Shown: positions 18,623 through 30,299 of the stretch, one piece after another
Numbering within the stretch: the stretch's first letter is position 1
Layout of the letters: the number at the start of each line of letters is the position of its first letter
Assembly: GCA_965222615.1 (NCBI GenBank)
Contig: CBDCUI010000007.1
Location: forward strand, 192,001 to 256,000
Length of the DNA stretch: 64,000 bases
Reading direction: 5' to 3'
Source: Gammaproteobacteria bacterium
GTDB lineage: Bacteria > Pseudomonadota > Gammaproteobacteria > UBA4575
Translations under genes and position numbers: made by a program
Notes under the pieces: model-generated
Seen by the model: only the letters and a program-made list of their open reading frames with translations
Databases searched by the model: none
What the model was told of the DNA's origin: nothing

Positions 18623-18732
18623 AATGAGAAAGCCTTAATATTTTTAACAGTTTAGAATACGTACAATAACTCGCTTTAAATTCTCTGTTAACCTTTTTAA
18701 TACATTAAGCTTACTGCACTAAGGACAAACTA

Positions 18733-19890
18733 ATGCCTACAACACGTGTATTTACTTCTGAGTCAGTTTCAGAAGGTCATCCTGACAAGATGTCTGATCA
18801 AATATCAGATGCAATTTTAGATGCTATATTAAAACAAGACACTAACGCACGTGTTGCGTGTGAAACATTAGTAAAAACTGGCATGGTTGTATTAGCGGGC
18901 GAAATTACTACTAGTGCTCTAATTGAGTATGAAGCTATCGTTCGTGATACAGTAAATAAAATTGGTTATAGCAATTCAGAGGTTGGCTTTGATGGACATA
19001 ATTGTGCAGTCATTAATGCCTTAGGCAAACAATCTCCTGATATCGCGCAGGGTGTTGATCGCCAATCTAAGGAAGAACAAGGTGCTGGAGACCAAGGCAT
19101 GATGTTTGGTTATGCAAGTAATGAAACCGATGTACTTATGCCTGCTCCTATCACCTACACCCATCGCTTAGTACAAAAACAATCAACCATTAGAAAAACT
19201 GGTGAATTAACCTGGCTACGTCCAGATGCTAAAAGTCAGGTTACTTTTGTTTATGAAGATGACAAACCTACCGCCATTAACGCTGTGGTTTTATCTACCC
19301 AACATGATCCCGATGTAAGTCAGAAAGAATTATACGAAGCAGTGATGGAATTAATTATTAAACCTACCTTGCCAGAGAAATGGTTATCGAGTGATACAAA
19401 GTTTCACATTAATCCAACGGGTAAATTTGAAATTGGCGGACCGGTTGGAGACTGCGGTTTAACAGGTAGAAAAATTATTGTAGATACCTATGGTGGTATG
19501 GCCCGTCACGGTGGTGGGGCCTTTTCTGGCAAAGATCCTTCTAAAGTAGACCGCTCGGCTGCCTATGCTGGACGCTATGTTGCTAAAAATGTTGTTGCTG
19601 CAGGCCTAGCAGAACGTTGCGAAATTCAAATCTCTTATGCTATCGGTGTGGCTCAGCCGACGTCTGTATCTATCGATACATTTGGAACAGGTAAAATATC
19701 CGATAGTAAAATTGAAGAGATTGTAGAAGACGTATTTGATTTACGACCGTACGGCATCGTAACAATGCTGGATTTATTACATCCAATTTATCAAGCTACC
19801 GCAGCATATGGTCATTTTGGTCGTGATGAGGGTAGCTTCCATTGGGAACGTACAGATAAAGTCACAGAATTAAAAGAGCGAGCTGCTTAA
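18733..19890 (+). CDS. metK: S-adenosylmethionine synthetase
   Basis: [35 protein letters not shown]. Confidence 0.99.
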   Translation: MPTTRVFTSESVSEGHPDKMSDQISDAILDAILKQDTNARVACETLVKTGMVVLAGEITTSALIEYEAIVRDTVNKIGYSNSEVGFDGHNCAVINALGKQSPDIAQGVDRQSKEEQGAGDQGMMFGYASNETDVLMPAPITYTHRLVQKQSTIRKTGELTWLRPDAKSQVTFVYEDDKPTAINAVVLSTQHDPDVSQKELYEAVMELIIKPTLPEKWLSSDTKFHINPTGKFEIGGPVGDCGLTGRKIIVDTYGGMARHGGGAFSGKDPSKVDRSAAYAGRYVAKNVVAAGLAERCEIQISYAIGVAQPTSVSIDTFGTGKISDSKIEEIVEDVFDLRPYGIVTMLDLLHPIYQATAAYGHFGRDEGSFHWERTDKVTELKERAA

Positions 19891-19940
19891 TTTTATAGTA
19901 CTTTTCTTTCAAAATTTATTGCTTAAGGAGCAAATTAAAC

Positions 19941-21254
19941 ATGAGCATTCAATCCGCTGAAAAAGTTGAACCAGATTTTAAAGTCGCTGATATCAATGCT
20001 GCCGAATTTGGGAGAAAAGAAATTGCCATTGCTGAAACTGAAATGCCGGGACTTATGTCATTACGTGCAAAATATGGCAAAGAAAAACCTCTTGCTGGTG
20101 CTCGTGTAGCTGGATGTCTACATATGACGATTCAAACAGCAGTATTGATTGAAACTTTAATTGAACTTGGTGCAGAAGTGCGTTGGTCTTCCTGCAATAT
20201 TTTTTCTACTCAAGATCATGCCGCGGCCGCAATTGCCGCCAAAGGTATACCTGTCTTTGCTTGGAAAGGTGAGACCGAAGAAGAATACGAATGGTGTATT
20301 GAACAAACTATTCATGGGCCTGATGGGTGGAAACCAAACATGATTCTTGATGATGGTGGTGACTTAACTAAAGTCATGCACGAGAAATACCCAGAATTAC
20401 TTAATGACGTAAAAGGTCTTTCAGAAGAAACTACTACTGGTGTACATCGCTTACATGAAATGCAAAAAACTGGAGAACTAAAGGTGCCTGCATTTAATGT
20501 CAATGATTCGGTAACCAAATCTAAATTTGATAATTTATATGGCTGCCGAGAATCTTTAGTCGATGGCTTAAAACGTGCAACCGACGTCATGGTTGCCGGT
20601 AAAACTGCAGTAGTTTGTGGTTATGGTGACGTAGGTAAAGGTTGCGCGCAATCTCTACGCGGTTTAGGCGCCACGGTTTTAATCACTGAAATTGATCCCA
20701 TTTGCGCACTACAAGCAGCAATGGAAGGTTATAGCGTAGTCACTCTAGAAGATGTGGTGGACTCGGCTGACATCTTTGTTACTGCGACGGGTAACTATAA
20801 TGTGATTACTCATGAACATATGTCGAAAATGAAAGACCAAGCCATCGTTGGCAATATTGGTCACTTTGATAATGAGATCGATGTGGCGAACTTGAAACAA
20901 TATCAATGGGAAAATATTAAACCACAAGTGGACCACATTATTTTCCCGGATGGCAAACGCATTATTTTACTAGCAGAAGGCCGACTACTAAATCTGGGTT
21001 GTGCAACGGGTCATCCAAGCTTTGTAATGTCAAATTCGTTTACTAATCAAGTCTTAGCGCAGATGGAATTGTGGAAAAATTCTGATACTTATGAAAATAA
21101 AGTCTATGTGCTACCGAAATCCCTTGACGAAGAAGTTGCGCGTTTACACTTAGATAAAATTGGCGCGAAATTAACGAAACTTTCTACCGAACAAGCAGAT
21201 TATATTGGGGTAGACGTTGGTGGACCTTACAAACCTGACTATTACCGTTACTAA
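19941..21254 (+). CDS. ahcY: Adenosylhomocysteinase
   Basis: [43 protein letters not shown]-terminal YRY. Confidence 0.99.
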   Translation: MSIQSAEKVEPDFKVADINAAEFGRKEIAIAETEMPGLMSLRAKYGKEKPLAGARVAGCLHMTIQTAVLIETLIELGAEVRWSSCNIFSTQDHAAAAIAAKGIPVFAWKGETEEEYEWCIEQTIHGPDGWKPNMILDDGGDLTKVMHEKYPELLNDVKGLSEETTTGVHRLHEMQKTGELKVPAFNVNDSVTKSKFDNLYGCRESLVDGLKRATDVMVAGKTAVVCGYGDVGKGCAQSLRGLGATVLITEIDPICALQAAMEGYSVVTLEDVVDSADIFVTATGNYNVITHEHMSKMKDQAIVGNIGHFDNEIDVANLKQYQWENIKPQVDHIIFPDGKRIILLAEGRLLNLGCATGHPSFVMSNSFTNQVLAQMELWKNSDTYENKVYVLPKSLDEEVARLHLDKIGAKLTKLSTEQADYIGVDVGGPYKPDYYRY

Positions 21255-21285
21255 TCTGAAGTGTCCTTTGACCTAAATAGGTCAG

Positions 21286-22038
21286 ATGCGAATCATTCGA
21301 TTGTATGTTAACCAAAAGTTAACAAAAGATAGCGTCATTAGACTAGATGACGCTAGCCGCCATTATGCAATTAATGTTTTGCGTGCCAATAAAAATACAC
21401 CTTTAACATTGTTTAATGGTGATGGATACGACTATGCATGTGAATTATTAACATTTACTAAAAAAATTATTGAGGTGAAAGTAATTGATAAAATTCATGT
21501 GGGAAAGGAGTCATTGTTAACCACTAAGCTGTTACTTGGCATCTCAAAGAGTTCGCGTATGGACTATGCAATCCAAAAGACCGTAGAAGCAGGTGTATCC
21601 AGTATTCATCCACTTATCACCGAACGTACCGTATCGAAACTGTCTGAGAAATCTAAAAAAAATAAAATTCAACATTGGCAGAAAATCATCATTAGTGCTT
21701 GTGAACAATGTAGGCGTGCAGTTTTACCTGACTTAAACGAAATTATTGAATTTACACAATTGCAAAAATTAGAGAATGATGAGTATGGTTTTATTTTTGA
21801 TACAAATTCCAATCTATCACTGGCCAGTTTTCATCACCAAACAATAAGCTCTGTCTTTTTGCTAGTTGGACCTGAAGGTGGTTTTACAAAATCTGAAGTT
21901 AACGATGCCAAGTCAAAGGGCTATCAACCTGTGAGCATAGGACCACGAGTATTGCGCACGGAAACAGCCGCTCTATCTGCAACGATTTCTGCGCAGTTAC
22001 TTTGGGGAGATTTATCTGAATTAAAAAAGAAACAGTAG
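21286..22038 (+). CDS. rsmE: 16S rRNA m3U1498 methyltransferase
   Basis: HYAINVLR, SACEQC, VGPEGGF, GPRVLRTETA. Confidence 0.97.
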   Translation: MRIIRLYVNQKLTKDSVIRLDDASRHYAINVLRANKNTPLTLFNGDGYDYACELLTFTKKIIEVKVIDKIHVGKESLLTTKLLLGISKSSRMDYAIQKTVEAGVSSIHPLITERTVSKLSEKSKKNKIQHWQKIIISACEQCRRAVLPDLNEIIEFTQLQKLENDEYGFIFDTNSNLSLASFHHQTISSVFLLVGPEGGFTKSEVNDAKSKGYQPVSIGPRVLRTETAALSATISAQLLWGDLSELKKKQ

Positions 22039-22515
22039 TCAATCTGAGCGTGAAGCTAGAATTGATTCAAGTTTTTCAAAATTTGGAATGGCTAATTCCT
22101 TACTACCTATTTTTACATGATGAGAAACCGTTTCAGAATGCTTGCTCATCGCCCCATCATGGCTATACAAAGCGCGGCTGTCTAAAATCAAAGGCCGAGG
22201 AATAGATTGAACTTCGATAGCATAGTAAGGAAACGCGTCGGTTTTATACATTGCATAACACACTACGGCCCGTACATGTGAAGGCTTACTAATACGTCGT
22301 TGATTACATAGCAATTCAAAAGAAATCAATGGCACTATATAATCTTGCCATTCAATATCCCCAATCAGCCAATCACTATCGTCTTCAAACAATTGAGTTT
22401 TAGGTTTATATACAACTTCTTTGACAATAGATTTTGGCAATAAAACATCATAATCACTCAATGGTAGTAACATACAACTGAGTGTTGGGTAAGTTGCGGT
22501 TTCAGCTAAAGACAT
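22039..22515 (-). CDS. chpC: CheW-like protein ChpC
   Basis: LLPKSIVKEV..WLIGDIEWQDYIVPLISFE; directly downstream of chpA. Confidence 0.8.
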   Translation of the reverse strand: MSLAETATYPTLSCMLLPLSDYDVLLPKSIVKEVVYKPKTQLFEDDSDWLIGDIEWQDYIVPLISFELLCNQRRISKPSHVRAVVCYAMYKTDAFPYYAIEVQSIPRPLILDSRALYSHDGAMSKHSETVSHHVKIGSKELAIPNFEKLESILASRSD

Positions 22516-22521
22516 ACTAAA

Positions 22522-25500
22522 TCAATGTAAGACAGCTTCAATATTACGAAGCAATTCATTTTCGTTATAAGGTTTGCCCAAATACTCCTGCACACCAATA
22601 TCAAATGCACGTTGACGATGTTTTTCTCCCGTCCGCGAGGTAATCATAATTATTGGCACATTTTTTAAACGTGTATTATTTCTTACATGTGCGGCCAACT
22701 CATAACCATCCATACGTGGCATTTCAATATCTAATAAAATCATATCAGGCGTAAAATCCTGCAATGCTTGAACAGCATCAATACCATCTTTTGCCGTCAC
22801 CACTTTAAAGTTATTCCGCTCTAAAAATCGTTTAGTGACTTTCCGAATCGTAATTGAATCGTCAACAACCAATACTGTTGGTTTTTTACCTTTTGAAGTT
22901 TCTGGGCCAGGTATTATCGCGTTTTCCAATTGCTCAATCGAATCGAGGCGAATTAAGCCTTGTACGTCTAAAATCAATACAACACTGCCATCGCCTAAAA
23001 TAGTGGCACCCGAAACGGCAGGCAACCGACTTAGCTGAGAAGCAAGTGGTTTTACAACAATCTCACGATTGCCTAAGGTTGCTTCTACATGTAAAGCCAT
23101 GCGTGAATCGCCAGATCGCACTAATAAAACTGGAAACATATTATCTGCACCATCTAACTGTGGCTGGTTTATACTCAGCAATGTGCCTAAATGACATAAA
23201 CGATAATCTTTATCTGCGTAATGATATGTCGCATTATCTTTTGCATACTTTTGCTTAAGTTCATGCGCAGATAATCGCACCACTCCTTCAACGCTCACTA
23301 ATGGTGTAGCATAGGTTTCATCCCCACATTTTATTAACAAGGCTTGTGCAATAGCCAATGTAAAGGGAATACGAATGGTAAAGACTGCACCTTTACCTAA
23401 TTCTGAATCTATTTTTAAAAAGCCCCCGAGTTGCTTCAATTCATTTGCAACTACATCCATACCAACACCACGACCAGAAACCTGAGTTACTTTTCCCGCA
23501 GTACTAAATCCTGGCGCTAAAATTAAATCTAATAATTCACGTTCTGGAATGTCAACATTTTCAATCAATCCCAGCTCAAGTGCTTTTTTCTTTACTTTTC
23601 CCGGATCAATACCTGCTCCATCATCCGTAACTTCAATAACAATTTCCGCACCTTCACGGCTCACACTGATAGAGATTTCTCCACTCTCTGGTTTACCCGT
23701 TTTTTCCCGTTCAGTTTTATCTTCAATACCATGTGAGATCGCATTTCGGATTAAATGTTCAAGTGGAGCAACTATTCGATTTAATATTGAACTATCGACT
23801 TCCGTTTGCGCCCCAATAACTTTTAAATCTGCATCTTTATCTAATTCTCGTGCTGTTTGTCTCACGATTCTCTGCATCCGAGGAACAAGTTGGCTAAATT
23901 GCACCATACGTGTGCGCATCAACCCTTCTTGTAAATCACTATTTATTCGATGCTGTTGTAGCAATAATATTTCAGACTCTCGCACTTGATCAAAAAGAAT
24001 TTCTTTTATACTTAACAAGTCATTCACACTTTCTGCTAAAGAACGAGATAATTGTTGTATAGTAGAGTAACGGTCCAACTCTAAGGGATCAAAATCCTCT
24101 ACATTAGGCGCTTCATGAGCATGCCTGGATAAAATTTGGGTTTCAGTTTCAATTTCTAAATTACGTAATTGATCACGCACTCTATCTACAATTTGTTCAA
24201 GCTCTTTTATACTTGATGTGTATTTACTACTTACTTGTTCAAGGCGAGCCTGAAAGATATTAACTTCACCCGCATTATTAACCAGGTTATCAAGCATTTC
24301 TGCCTGTAAACGCACTGATTGTTGCGGTGCAATTACAGGTTGAATACTCTGTTGTTCTTTTGGTTTGACAACCGAACGTAGTACAGGGATTTTAACTACT
24401 GGTTTAGATTCGCTTTGAAGGGTACTCTTTTCACTATCAGGCTTTTTATCTGAGATTGTGTTGTTGTTTTCACTATCTACAGCATCGACTTTTCCTGTAA
24501 TAGAATTACCATCTTTAATTGCATTCAACTCAGCAATTAAGTTTTCTGCAGGATAAACGGGTCGGTGTGCAACCGCATCATCAACCATTTCATGCACGGA
24601 ATCTAAACAGCGCTGCAGCAATGAGAACACTGGCCCAGTGGCTTCAATTACGCCTTCAGCAATTGGAATCACTACAGACTCTATAGCATGGCTAAAATCA
24701 CCTATATTGGTATAGGTCGCCATACGTGCGCTACCTTTTAATGTATGTAGTTGCCGTCGCAGCTCTGATATTGAGTTTTGATCTTCAGGATCTTCCCGCC
24801 AATTATCCAGACACTCATTACAAGTAGATAAAATATCACTCGCCTCTTCAAGAAAGATTTCGACTAAATCAGCATCTTTATCTTCGTAAAGATCAATGTT
24901 TTCTGGCAACTTCTCATCCGTGATATTCGTATCGGCTATGGTTATAAACTGTGTTTCTTCAAGATCTATTTCTTGCTCCACATTGGTTGAATCAACAAAG
25001 TCTTCCAATACTGGTATTTCTACACACTTTAATTCATCCACTTTGGAAAGAAGCTCAGAATCTACATTGGCTGCTTGTAGATCCTCTGAATGCTCAGTTA
25101 TTACTTGCTTAATATGCTGTACACAAGCCACTATAGTATCGAACTGAGCCTCAGAAATTACTTGGTTTTTTTTGTGAAAGTCCTGACAATATTGTTCTAA
25201 CGGTTTGCAGACATTTACAATAGCCCCAACGTCTGCAGTGCGCGCCGAACCATGTAATGTATGCAGTGCATGCAGCATGGCTTCATCTACTTTAAGTTTC
25301 TTTGTTTCTGCTCCTTTATCAACCAAGTCTTCAAGTACTGCTACATGTTGAGATGCTTCGTTAATAAATATCTCACGCAATTCCGTAGCGAAATCATTTT
25401 CAATATTAGACTCATTTAAATCTTCATCTTTATCTTTATCTTCCAATGACTCTGCTTCTTTAGCCGCATTTATAATTTGCGAACTGTCTGATGGTGCATC

Positions 25501-28500
25501 ATCAATAACATTTTCTGATACTTCTTTTACCCCTTCACCTACAGAACTGCTGTCCTCTAACAGTTTATTACTTCCACTTGATTTTGCACTAAACTGTTGT
25601 GCAGAAGTAATTAAAGCTTGGATATCAGCTTTAGGTTGTTGATCTGATTTTAGTTGTTCAACTAATTGCTGAAGCGCTGTAACAGACTGAGCGAGTACTT
25701 CATGTAACTCGTCGGTAACTGGCAAAGTGCTTTCTATTACTTTATTTAATAACTTTTCTAACTGCCAAGAATACTCACCAATGATTTGTGCACCAATCAG
25801 ACGACCACTACCCTTTAAGGTATGAAAAGATCGCCGTATACTGATTAGGGCTTCTTCGTTATCTGGATTTGAGCGCCATGCAGGGAGAGTTTGAGTTATT
25901 TTCTCAATCTCTTCCTCTGCTTCTTCAACAAAAATTTCTATAATCTCACTATCTGCATCTTGTTGAATAACTTGCAGCTCTTTTTCTACTCCATCCTCAG
26001 TTAAACTAATAATATACTCACCTGAATCTTGCTTATCAGACCTTACAATCTCAGCTGGCGATAGTTGAGACTTATCTTCTTCTGTTAATTGGTAATTCTC
26101 AATCTCTTGCTCAGTCAAAGCCGGTAAATCTTCCGAAGTTAGCTCAACAGATTCGCTAATATCCAAATCTTCAATAATAGTGCCAGTCTCTTGATCACTT
26201 TCATTGTAATTATCAGGCTCTAATGCATCGGTTGGTTGTAGTTGTGTTTCATCTAGTTTCTCTTCTTGGACTTCTTCATCGACAAAATCAATTATGGAAG
26301 GCAAATCACCAGAAGATTGTTGTTCTGAATTATCAAGATCTAACTTTTCTACATTTGTATTTAGCTCTTCTTCAATTTCATTTAGATTTAGTAAATCATT
26401 TTCTTCCAAATCAACTTCAACTACACCTACGGATTCACCCTCCTGATTCAAATCTATAGTTAGATCTTTATCTTCGACCTCACCTACGAATGAGCTCAAT
26501 TCTGTTTCAGCTTCGAAAATACTGGTTTCTTCAAGCCCTGCAAATTCAGGTGATAGTTCGTCTTCATCATTCTCAATATTCTGCAAACTAGTATTTAGTT
26601 CAGTAGCCGCTTCATTTTCTAGAGACATGTCAGTTGATTCTGAAATATCAAGGCTAAGTTCTGTATCAGCAGTAATCTCGTTTTTGATATTAGATGGATC
26701 GGGAGAAACTTCTGGGGGAGGTTGGTCAAATAATTCTGGATCAATCGAAAGGCCTAAAGATGTGGCACTTAAATCCTCTAGCTCAACTTCTTCGCTGATT
26801 TCAGTCTTTTTTTTTCCTACATCGTTCGTTTCTACATCGACTAGAGACAGTGATTCACTATTATCTTCAATTAAATTATCGACCTTTATAGTTTGTACTT
26901 CGTTAACTTGATTCGTCTGTAATACTTCGGCACCTACAAGTCTTGAAACACTTTCTAAGCCATAGCTTAAAATATCTGCTGGATTATCCTCTTCTGCAAT
27001 AATAGCTTCTAAATAACATTCCACACTAGTAACTGAATCAGCAAATGCATCAAGTTTAGTTGGTTCACTATTTAATTCTTCCGCTGCTTGGTTACCAATT
27101 AAATAGGCCTGAATATTTTCCAAGATTGCAGCTACATCATCTAATCTTAATATCGACAATGCCCCTATGATTTTGCGAAACCGATCCTGGGCTTCTTGAA
27201 GCTTTGTTTCGTCATTAGGCGAAGCAAGAACTTGTGAAACGGCATTCTTCGCTTCTTCTAACTCTGACAAAGCTTCAGAAATTGTTTGTACTTTTATTTT
27301 TTTAAGTTGATTGTCCTCAATTTGTCCATCAACACTTTTATCACTATCGTCTATATCTTCAACGGGTTTCAATACTGGCTTATTTAAAAGACGATAGTTG
27401 ACAAAATTTTCGACTATGTTTTCTGCTTTAATTAAAGTTTCAGCAACATGCACAAAACTATCATCTGCATGTTCTAACTCATCAGCAGATAATCCATTTA
27501 AAGCAGCAACTTCTCGCATTACTTCTTCTCTTGGCTCTTCCAAACCAACCATACTTAAGGTATCAGCAATCTTATGTAGCTGTTCTCCAACTTGACTTAC
27601 ACTTTCCGGCGATCGATTTTCATTATGCACGTAGAGTTCAATAGCATCTTTTACAGTGGCAATATCTTCATGTAGTGCTTTTGAAACCGCTTGCAATACC
27701 TCAACATTAGGACCTGCTATTCCTTCACGCATCTGTCCGATAACATCTTCGCTAGGAATTAAATCATTCAAGCTATATGCAGTCTTAACTTTAGTAACGA
27801 TTCGACCACGGTCGCCCGCTATACCTACATAATAAAGTAAGTTTTTAATTAGGCTTGAAGGAATATTGTTAGCAAATTCTACTTCATCAAGGCCTACAAA
27901 ATTTTTAATCTGCCTATCTACTTGCCCTAGTAAAGACGCTAATCCTGCACTTGTTGGCAAACTACCTATTGCCAATGCTTGTGCTACTGCGCTACTGACC
28001 CACCAAAGCCTTTGAGACGCCAATTGCTTCGAGCACTGATGCAATCGTATTGCTACTTTGCAAATTTTTGTTGCAGCAATATCGGTTTCTTTGTTTTGGA
28101 TCAAACTAATGAGCCCCGATTGAAATCCGTAACGTATTTTTTTTGCATATTCTTGTGCAGACATGCCAAAGTCTGCATTGACATTTGGGACTTCTATATC
28201 ATCTAAGTTCGGAAAAAATAGAATATGTTCTGACAATAATGCTGCTTCTCTAACTCCTCTTAAGTCATTGAGTAGTGGAAGAAGCACAATAGGTACGTCT
28301 TTATTGCCTACTTGCACATATTCAAGGTAGTCAGACATTTGCAAAATTCCACGTGATAAGGTTTCCTGAGCCTTTTCCGTTTGTGTAATGGAATCTTCAA
28401 TTAGACAATCTACAACATCCCGCATTTCGCGAGCCAAAACCGCTGCGCCATTAATTTGTACAAGCTGTAATGTTCGTTCTATTTGAGTAAGTGAATCGCT

Positions 28501-28641
28501 GACTTCTTTTAATGACGCAATATCAGATTCGTCTTCGATATAAACTTGCAACTGACTACGAGCATTATCGATTATAGTGTCGATTTCAGATTTAACTTTT
28601 TTTACTGCTGCTTTTTCTAAAGCACTGTTTCGCATTTTCAT
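22522..28641 (-). CDS. chpA: Pil-Chp chemosensory histidine kinase/response regulator ChpA (PilL)
   Basis: Multiple Hpt motifs (FHTLKGSG, LHTLHGSA, LHTLKGSA), HATPase (HLIRNAISHGIE, SGRGVGMDVV), CheW and C-terminal REC domains. Confidence 0.96.
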   Translation of the reverse strand: MKMRNSALEKAAVKKVKSEIDTIIDNARSQLQVYIEDESDIASLKEVSDSLTQIERTLQLVQINGAAVLAREMRDVVDCLIEDSITQTEKAQETLSRGILQMSDYLEYVQVGNKDVPIVLLPLLNDLRGVREAALLSEHILFFPNLDDIEVPNVNADFGMSAQEYAKKIRYGFQSGLISLIQNKETDIAATKICKVAIRLHQCSKQLASQRLWWVSSAVAQALAIGSLPTSAGLASLLGQVDRQIKNFVGLDEVEFANNIPSSLIKNLLYYVGIAGDRGRIVTKVKTAYSLNDLIPSEDVIGQMREGIAGPNVEVLQAVSKALHEDIATVKDAIELYVHNENRSPESVSQVGEQLHKIADTLSMVGLEEPREEVMREVAALNGLSADELEHADDSFVHVAETLIKAENIVENFVNYRLLNKPVLKPVEDIDDSDKSVDGQIEDNQLKKIKVQTISEALSELEEAKNAVSQVLASPNDETKLQEAQDRFRKIIGALSILRLDDVAAILENIQAYLIGNQAAEELNSEPTKLDAFADSVTSVECYLEAIIAEEDNPADILSYGLESVSRLVGAEVLQTNQVNEVQTIKVDNLIEDNSESLSLVDVETNDVGKKKTEISEEVELEDLSATSLGLSIDPELFDQPPPEVSPDPSNIKNEITADTELSLDISESTDMSLENEAATELNTSLQNIENDEDELSPEFAGLEETSIFEAETELSSFVGEVEDKDLTIDLNQEGESVGVVEVDLEENDLLNLNEIEEELNTNVEKLDLDNSEQQSSGDLPSIIDFVDEEVQEEKLDETQLQPTDALEPDNYNESDQETGTIIEDLDISESVELTSEDLPALTEQEIENYQLTEEDKSQLSPAEIVRSDKQDSGEYIISLTEDGVEKELQVIQQDADSEIIEIFVEEAEEEIEKITQTLPAWRSNPDNEEALISIRRSFHTLKGSGRLIGAQIIGEYSWQLEKLLNKVIESTLPVTDELHEVLAQSVTALQQLVEQLKSDQQPKADIQALITSAQQFSAKSSGSNKLLEDSSSVGEGVKEVSENVIDDAPSDSSQIINAAKEAESLEDKDKDEDLNESNIENDFATELREIFINEASQHVAVLEDLVDKGAETKKLKVDEAMLHALHTLHGSARTADVGAIVNVCKPLEQYCQDFHKKNQVISEAQFDTIVACVQHIKQVITEHSEDLQAANVDSELLSKVDELKCVEIPVLEDFVDSTNVEQEIDLEETQFITIADTNITDEKLPENIDLYEDKDADLVEIFLEEASDILSTCNECLDNWREDPEDQNSISELRRQLHTLKGSARMATYTNIGDFSHAIESVVIPIAEGVIEATGPVFSLLQRCLDSVHEMVDDAVAHRPVYPAENLIAELNAIKDGNSITGKVDAVDSENNNTISDKKPDSEKSTLQSESKPVVKIPVLRSVVKPKEQQSIQPVIAPQQSVRLQAEMLDNLVNNAGEVNIFQARLEQVSSKYTSSIKELEQIVDRVRDQLRNLEIETETQILSRHAHEAPNVEDFDPLELDRYSTIQQLSRSLAESVNDLLSIKEILFDQVRESEILLLQQHRINSDLQEGLMRTRMVQFSQLVPRMQRIVRQTARELDKDADLKVIGAQTEVDSSILNRIVAPLEHLIRNAISHGIEDKTEREKTGKPESGEISISVSREGAEIVIEVTDDGAGIDPGKVKKKALELGLIENVDIPERELLDLILAPGFSTAGKVTQVSGRGVGMDVVANELKQLGGFLKIDSELGKGAVFTIRIPFTLAIAQALLIKCGDETYATPLVSVEGVVRLSAHELKQKYAKDNATYHYADKDYRLCHLGTLLSINQPQLDGADNMFPVLLVRSGDSRMALHVEATLGNREIVVKPLASQLSRLPAVSGATILGDGSVVLILDVQGLIRLDSIEQLENAIIPGPETSKGKKPTVLVVDDSITIRKVTKRFLERNNFKVVTAKDGIDAVQALQDFTPDMILLDIEMPRMDGYELAAHVRNNTRLKNVPIIMITSRTGEKHRQRAFDIGVQEYLGKPYNENELLRNIEAVLH

Positions 28642-28678
28642 TTTTGTGTAATAAAACTTTTGAGTTTGGCTTTATTTA

Positions 28679-30070
28679 CTATGATGCTAATTCCTGCTCG
28701 ATGACATCGTCTTCAACAGACTTCGGTAACTTGAAACCAGCCACTGAGCGCTTAAGCTCTTGTGCTAAAGTAGTGAGTTTTCCTACCCAGCTTGCTGTAT
28801 TACTTGCCCCTTCAGAAGCCTGCATAGTTATTTCTTGAATAACAATCATCGTTTTAGTTACGTTACTTGCAGCCTTGGTTTGTTTTTCTGTTGCGTCGGT
28901 AATATTTTGAATAAGTGCAGCAAGGTTATCGGATACCGATTCAATTTCAGTTAATGCTTCACCAGCATTGACCGCAAGTTTGGCACCACTCACCACATTA
29001 GAAGTGCTTTGCTCCATAGAAATAACTGCTTCATTTGTGTCACTTTGAATAGTCTTAACTAATGCTTCTATTTGTTTTGTTGCAGTACCTGCTCGCTCTG
29101 CAAGTCTTTGTACTTCGTCTGCTACCACTGCAAAACCTCTGCCGGCTTCACCTGCAGTTGAGGCTTGGATGGCAGCATTCAATGCCAAGATATTGGTCTG
29201 ATCTGCAATTTCATCAATTAATCCAACAATATCACCAATTTCTTGCGAACTTTCGCCAAGTCTTTTTATTCGTTTTGAAGTTTCCTGGATTTGTTCACGA
29301 ATAGTATCCATACCATCAATCGTACGACTTACGGCTTGAGCACCTTTGTGCGCAATATTTACTGACTGTTGCGCAACTTTTCCTGAACTATTTGCGTGTT
29401 CTGCTACTTGTTCAATCGATTTAGCCATTTCAGAAATTGCAGACGTTACATTTGCAATTTCTCTAGCCTGAGTCTGACTAGACTTTGTTAACTTGTCTGT
29501 CGAATCTTGAGTCACCTCTGCAGCTGAAGCTACTTGTCTGGAGGTGTTGTTGATTGTGTGTACAAGATTACGCAATGCATCGATGGAATAATTAACTGAG
29601 TCAGCAATTGCGCCAGTAATATCTTCCGTAACGGTCGTATGTACAGTTAAATCACCTTCGGCAAGGTTAGTCATTTCATCCAACAATAATAAAATCGCTT
29701 GCTGGTTTCTTCTATTTTGTTCATCAACTGCGGCTAATTGATGCCTTACCTTTCCACCCCATTTGTTCGCAAGAAAAAGAAACAATGCTAAGCTTGCCAT
29801 GCCAATGCTGAAGACTACCGCAGCAAAAGCACTGCTGTTTTCACCCATACCAAAATATTTTCCTAGATCAAACGCTAGTATCCCCATAACCGCCATAATC
29901 AAAATTGAAAGCAGTGCTAATACAGTCAAAGTTGATTTACTCGATAAGTTGTCTTGATTTTTTCGAGTAATTGATTTGGGTAAGGCCATAGTCAATTTAT
30001 TCCTAATTCGGTGAAGCCAAGATTTTTGATAAATTCTTTTACTGTTTATGTGTCTGTCGGTGTCTTTCAA
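28679..30070 (-). CDS. pilJ: PilJ-type methyl-accepting chemotaxis protein lacking the periplasmic sensor domain (start may be ATG 29989)
   Basis: [40 protein letters not shown] region; [27 protein letters not shown] signalling domain; synteny. Confidence 0.93.
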   Translation of the reverse strand: MKDTDRHINSKRIYQKSWLHRIRNKLTMALPKSITRKNQDNLSSKSTLTVLALLSILIMAVMGILAFDLGKYFGMGENSSAFAAVVFSIGMASLALFLFLANKWGGKVRHQLAAVDEQNRRNQQAILLLLDEMTNLAEGDLTVHTTVTEDITGAIADSVNYSIDALRNLVHTINNTSRQVASAAEVTQDSTDKLTKSSQTQAREIANVTSAISEMAKSIEQVAEHANSSGKVAQQSVNIAHKGAQAVSRTIDGMDTIREQIQETSKRIKRLGESSQEIGDIVGLIDEIADQTNILALNAAIQASTAGEAGRGFAVVADEVQRLAERAGTATKQIEALVKTIQSDTNEAVISMEQSTSNVVSGAKLAVNAGEALTEIESVSDNLAALIQNITDATEKQTKAASNVTKTMIVIQEITMQASEGASNTASWVGKLTTLAQELKRSVAGFKLPKSVEDDVIEQELAS

Positions 30071-30299
30071 AAGTGTCTGTACGGATCAAATACACACCTA
30101 AAATCAATGAGATCCAGACAGTAATGATACGGGGGATCGGCTATTACCTAGGTATAGGTGTGTCGTGAAAACGCCTACTTTTATCGGTTAGAATACCGAT
30201 TACCAATAGAAATGAAATCCAATTGGCTATCACTACCGGCAACCAAATAAGGCTCATTCAACAGTCGGCAAAAGGCCTTTATGAATTTGTGGTGATAGT

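Noticed and set aside
18623-19940. SAM or SAH riboswitch before metK or ahcY
   Set aside because: The spacers are short (110 and 50 bp) and AT-rich, with no recognisable aptamer motifs.
25900-26900. Long acidic low-complexity stretch in ChpA
   Set aside because: Variable acidic linkers between Hpt domains are usual in ChpA/PilL.
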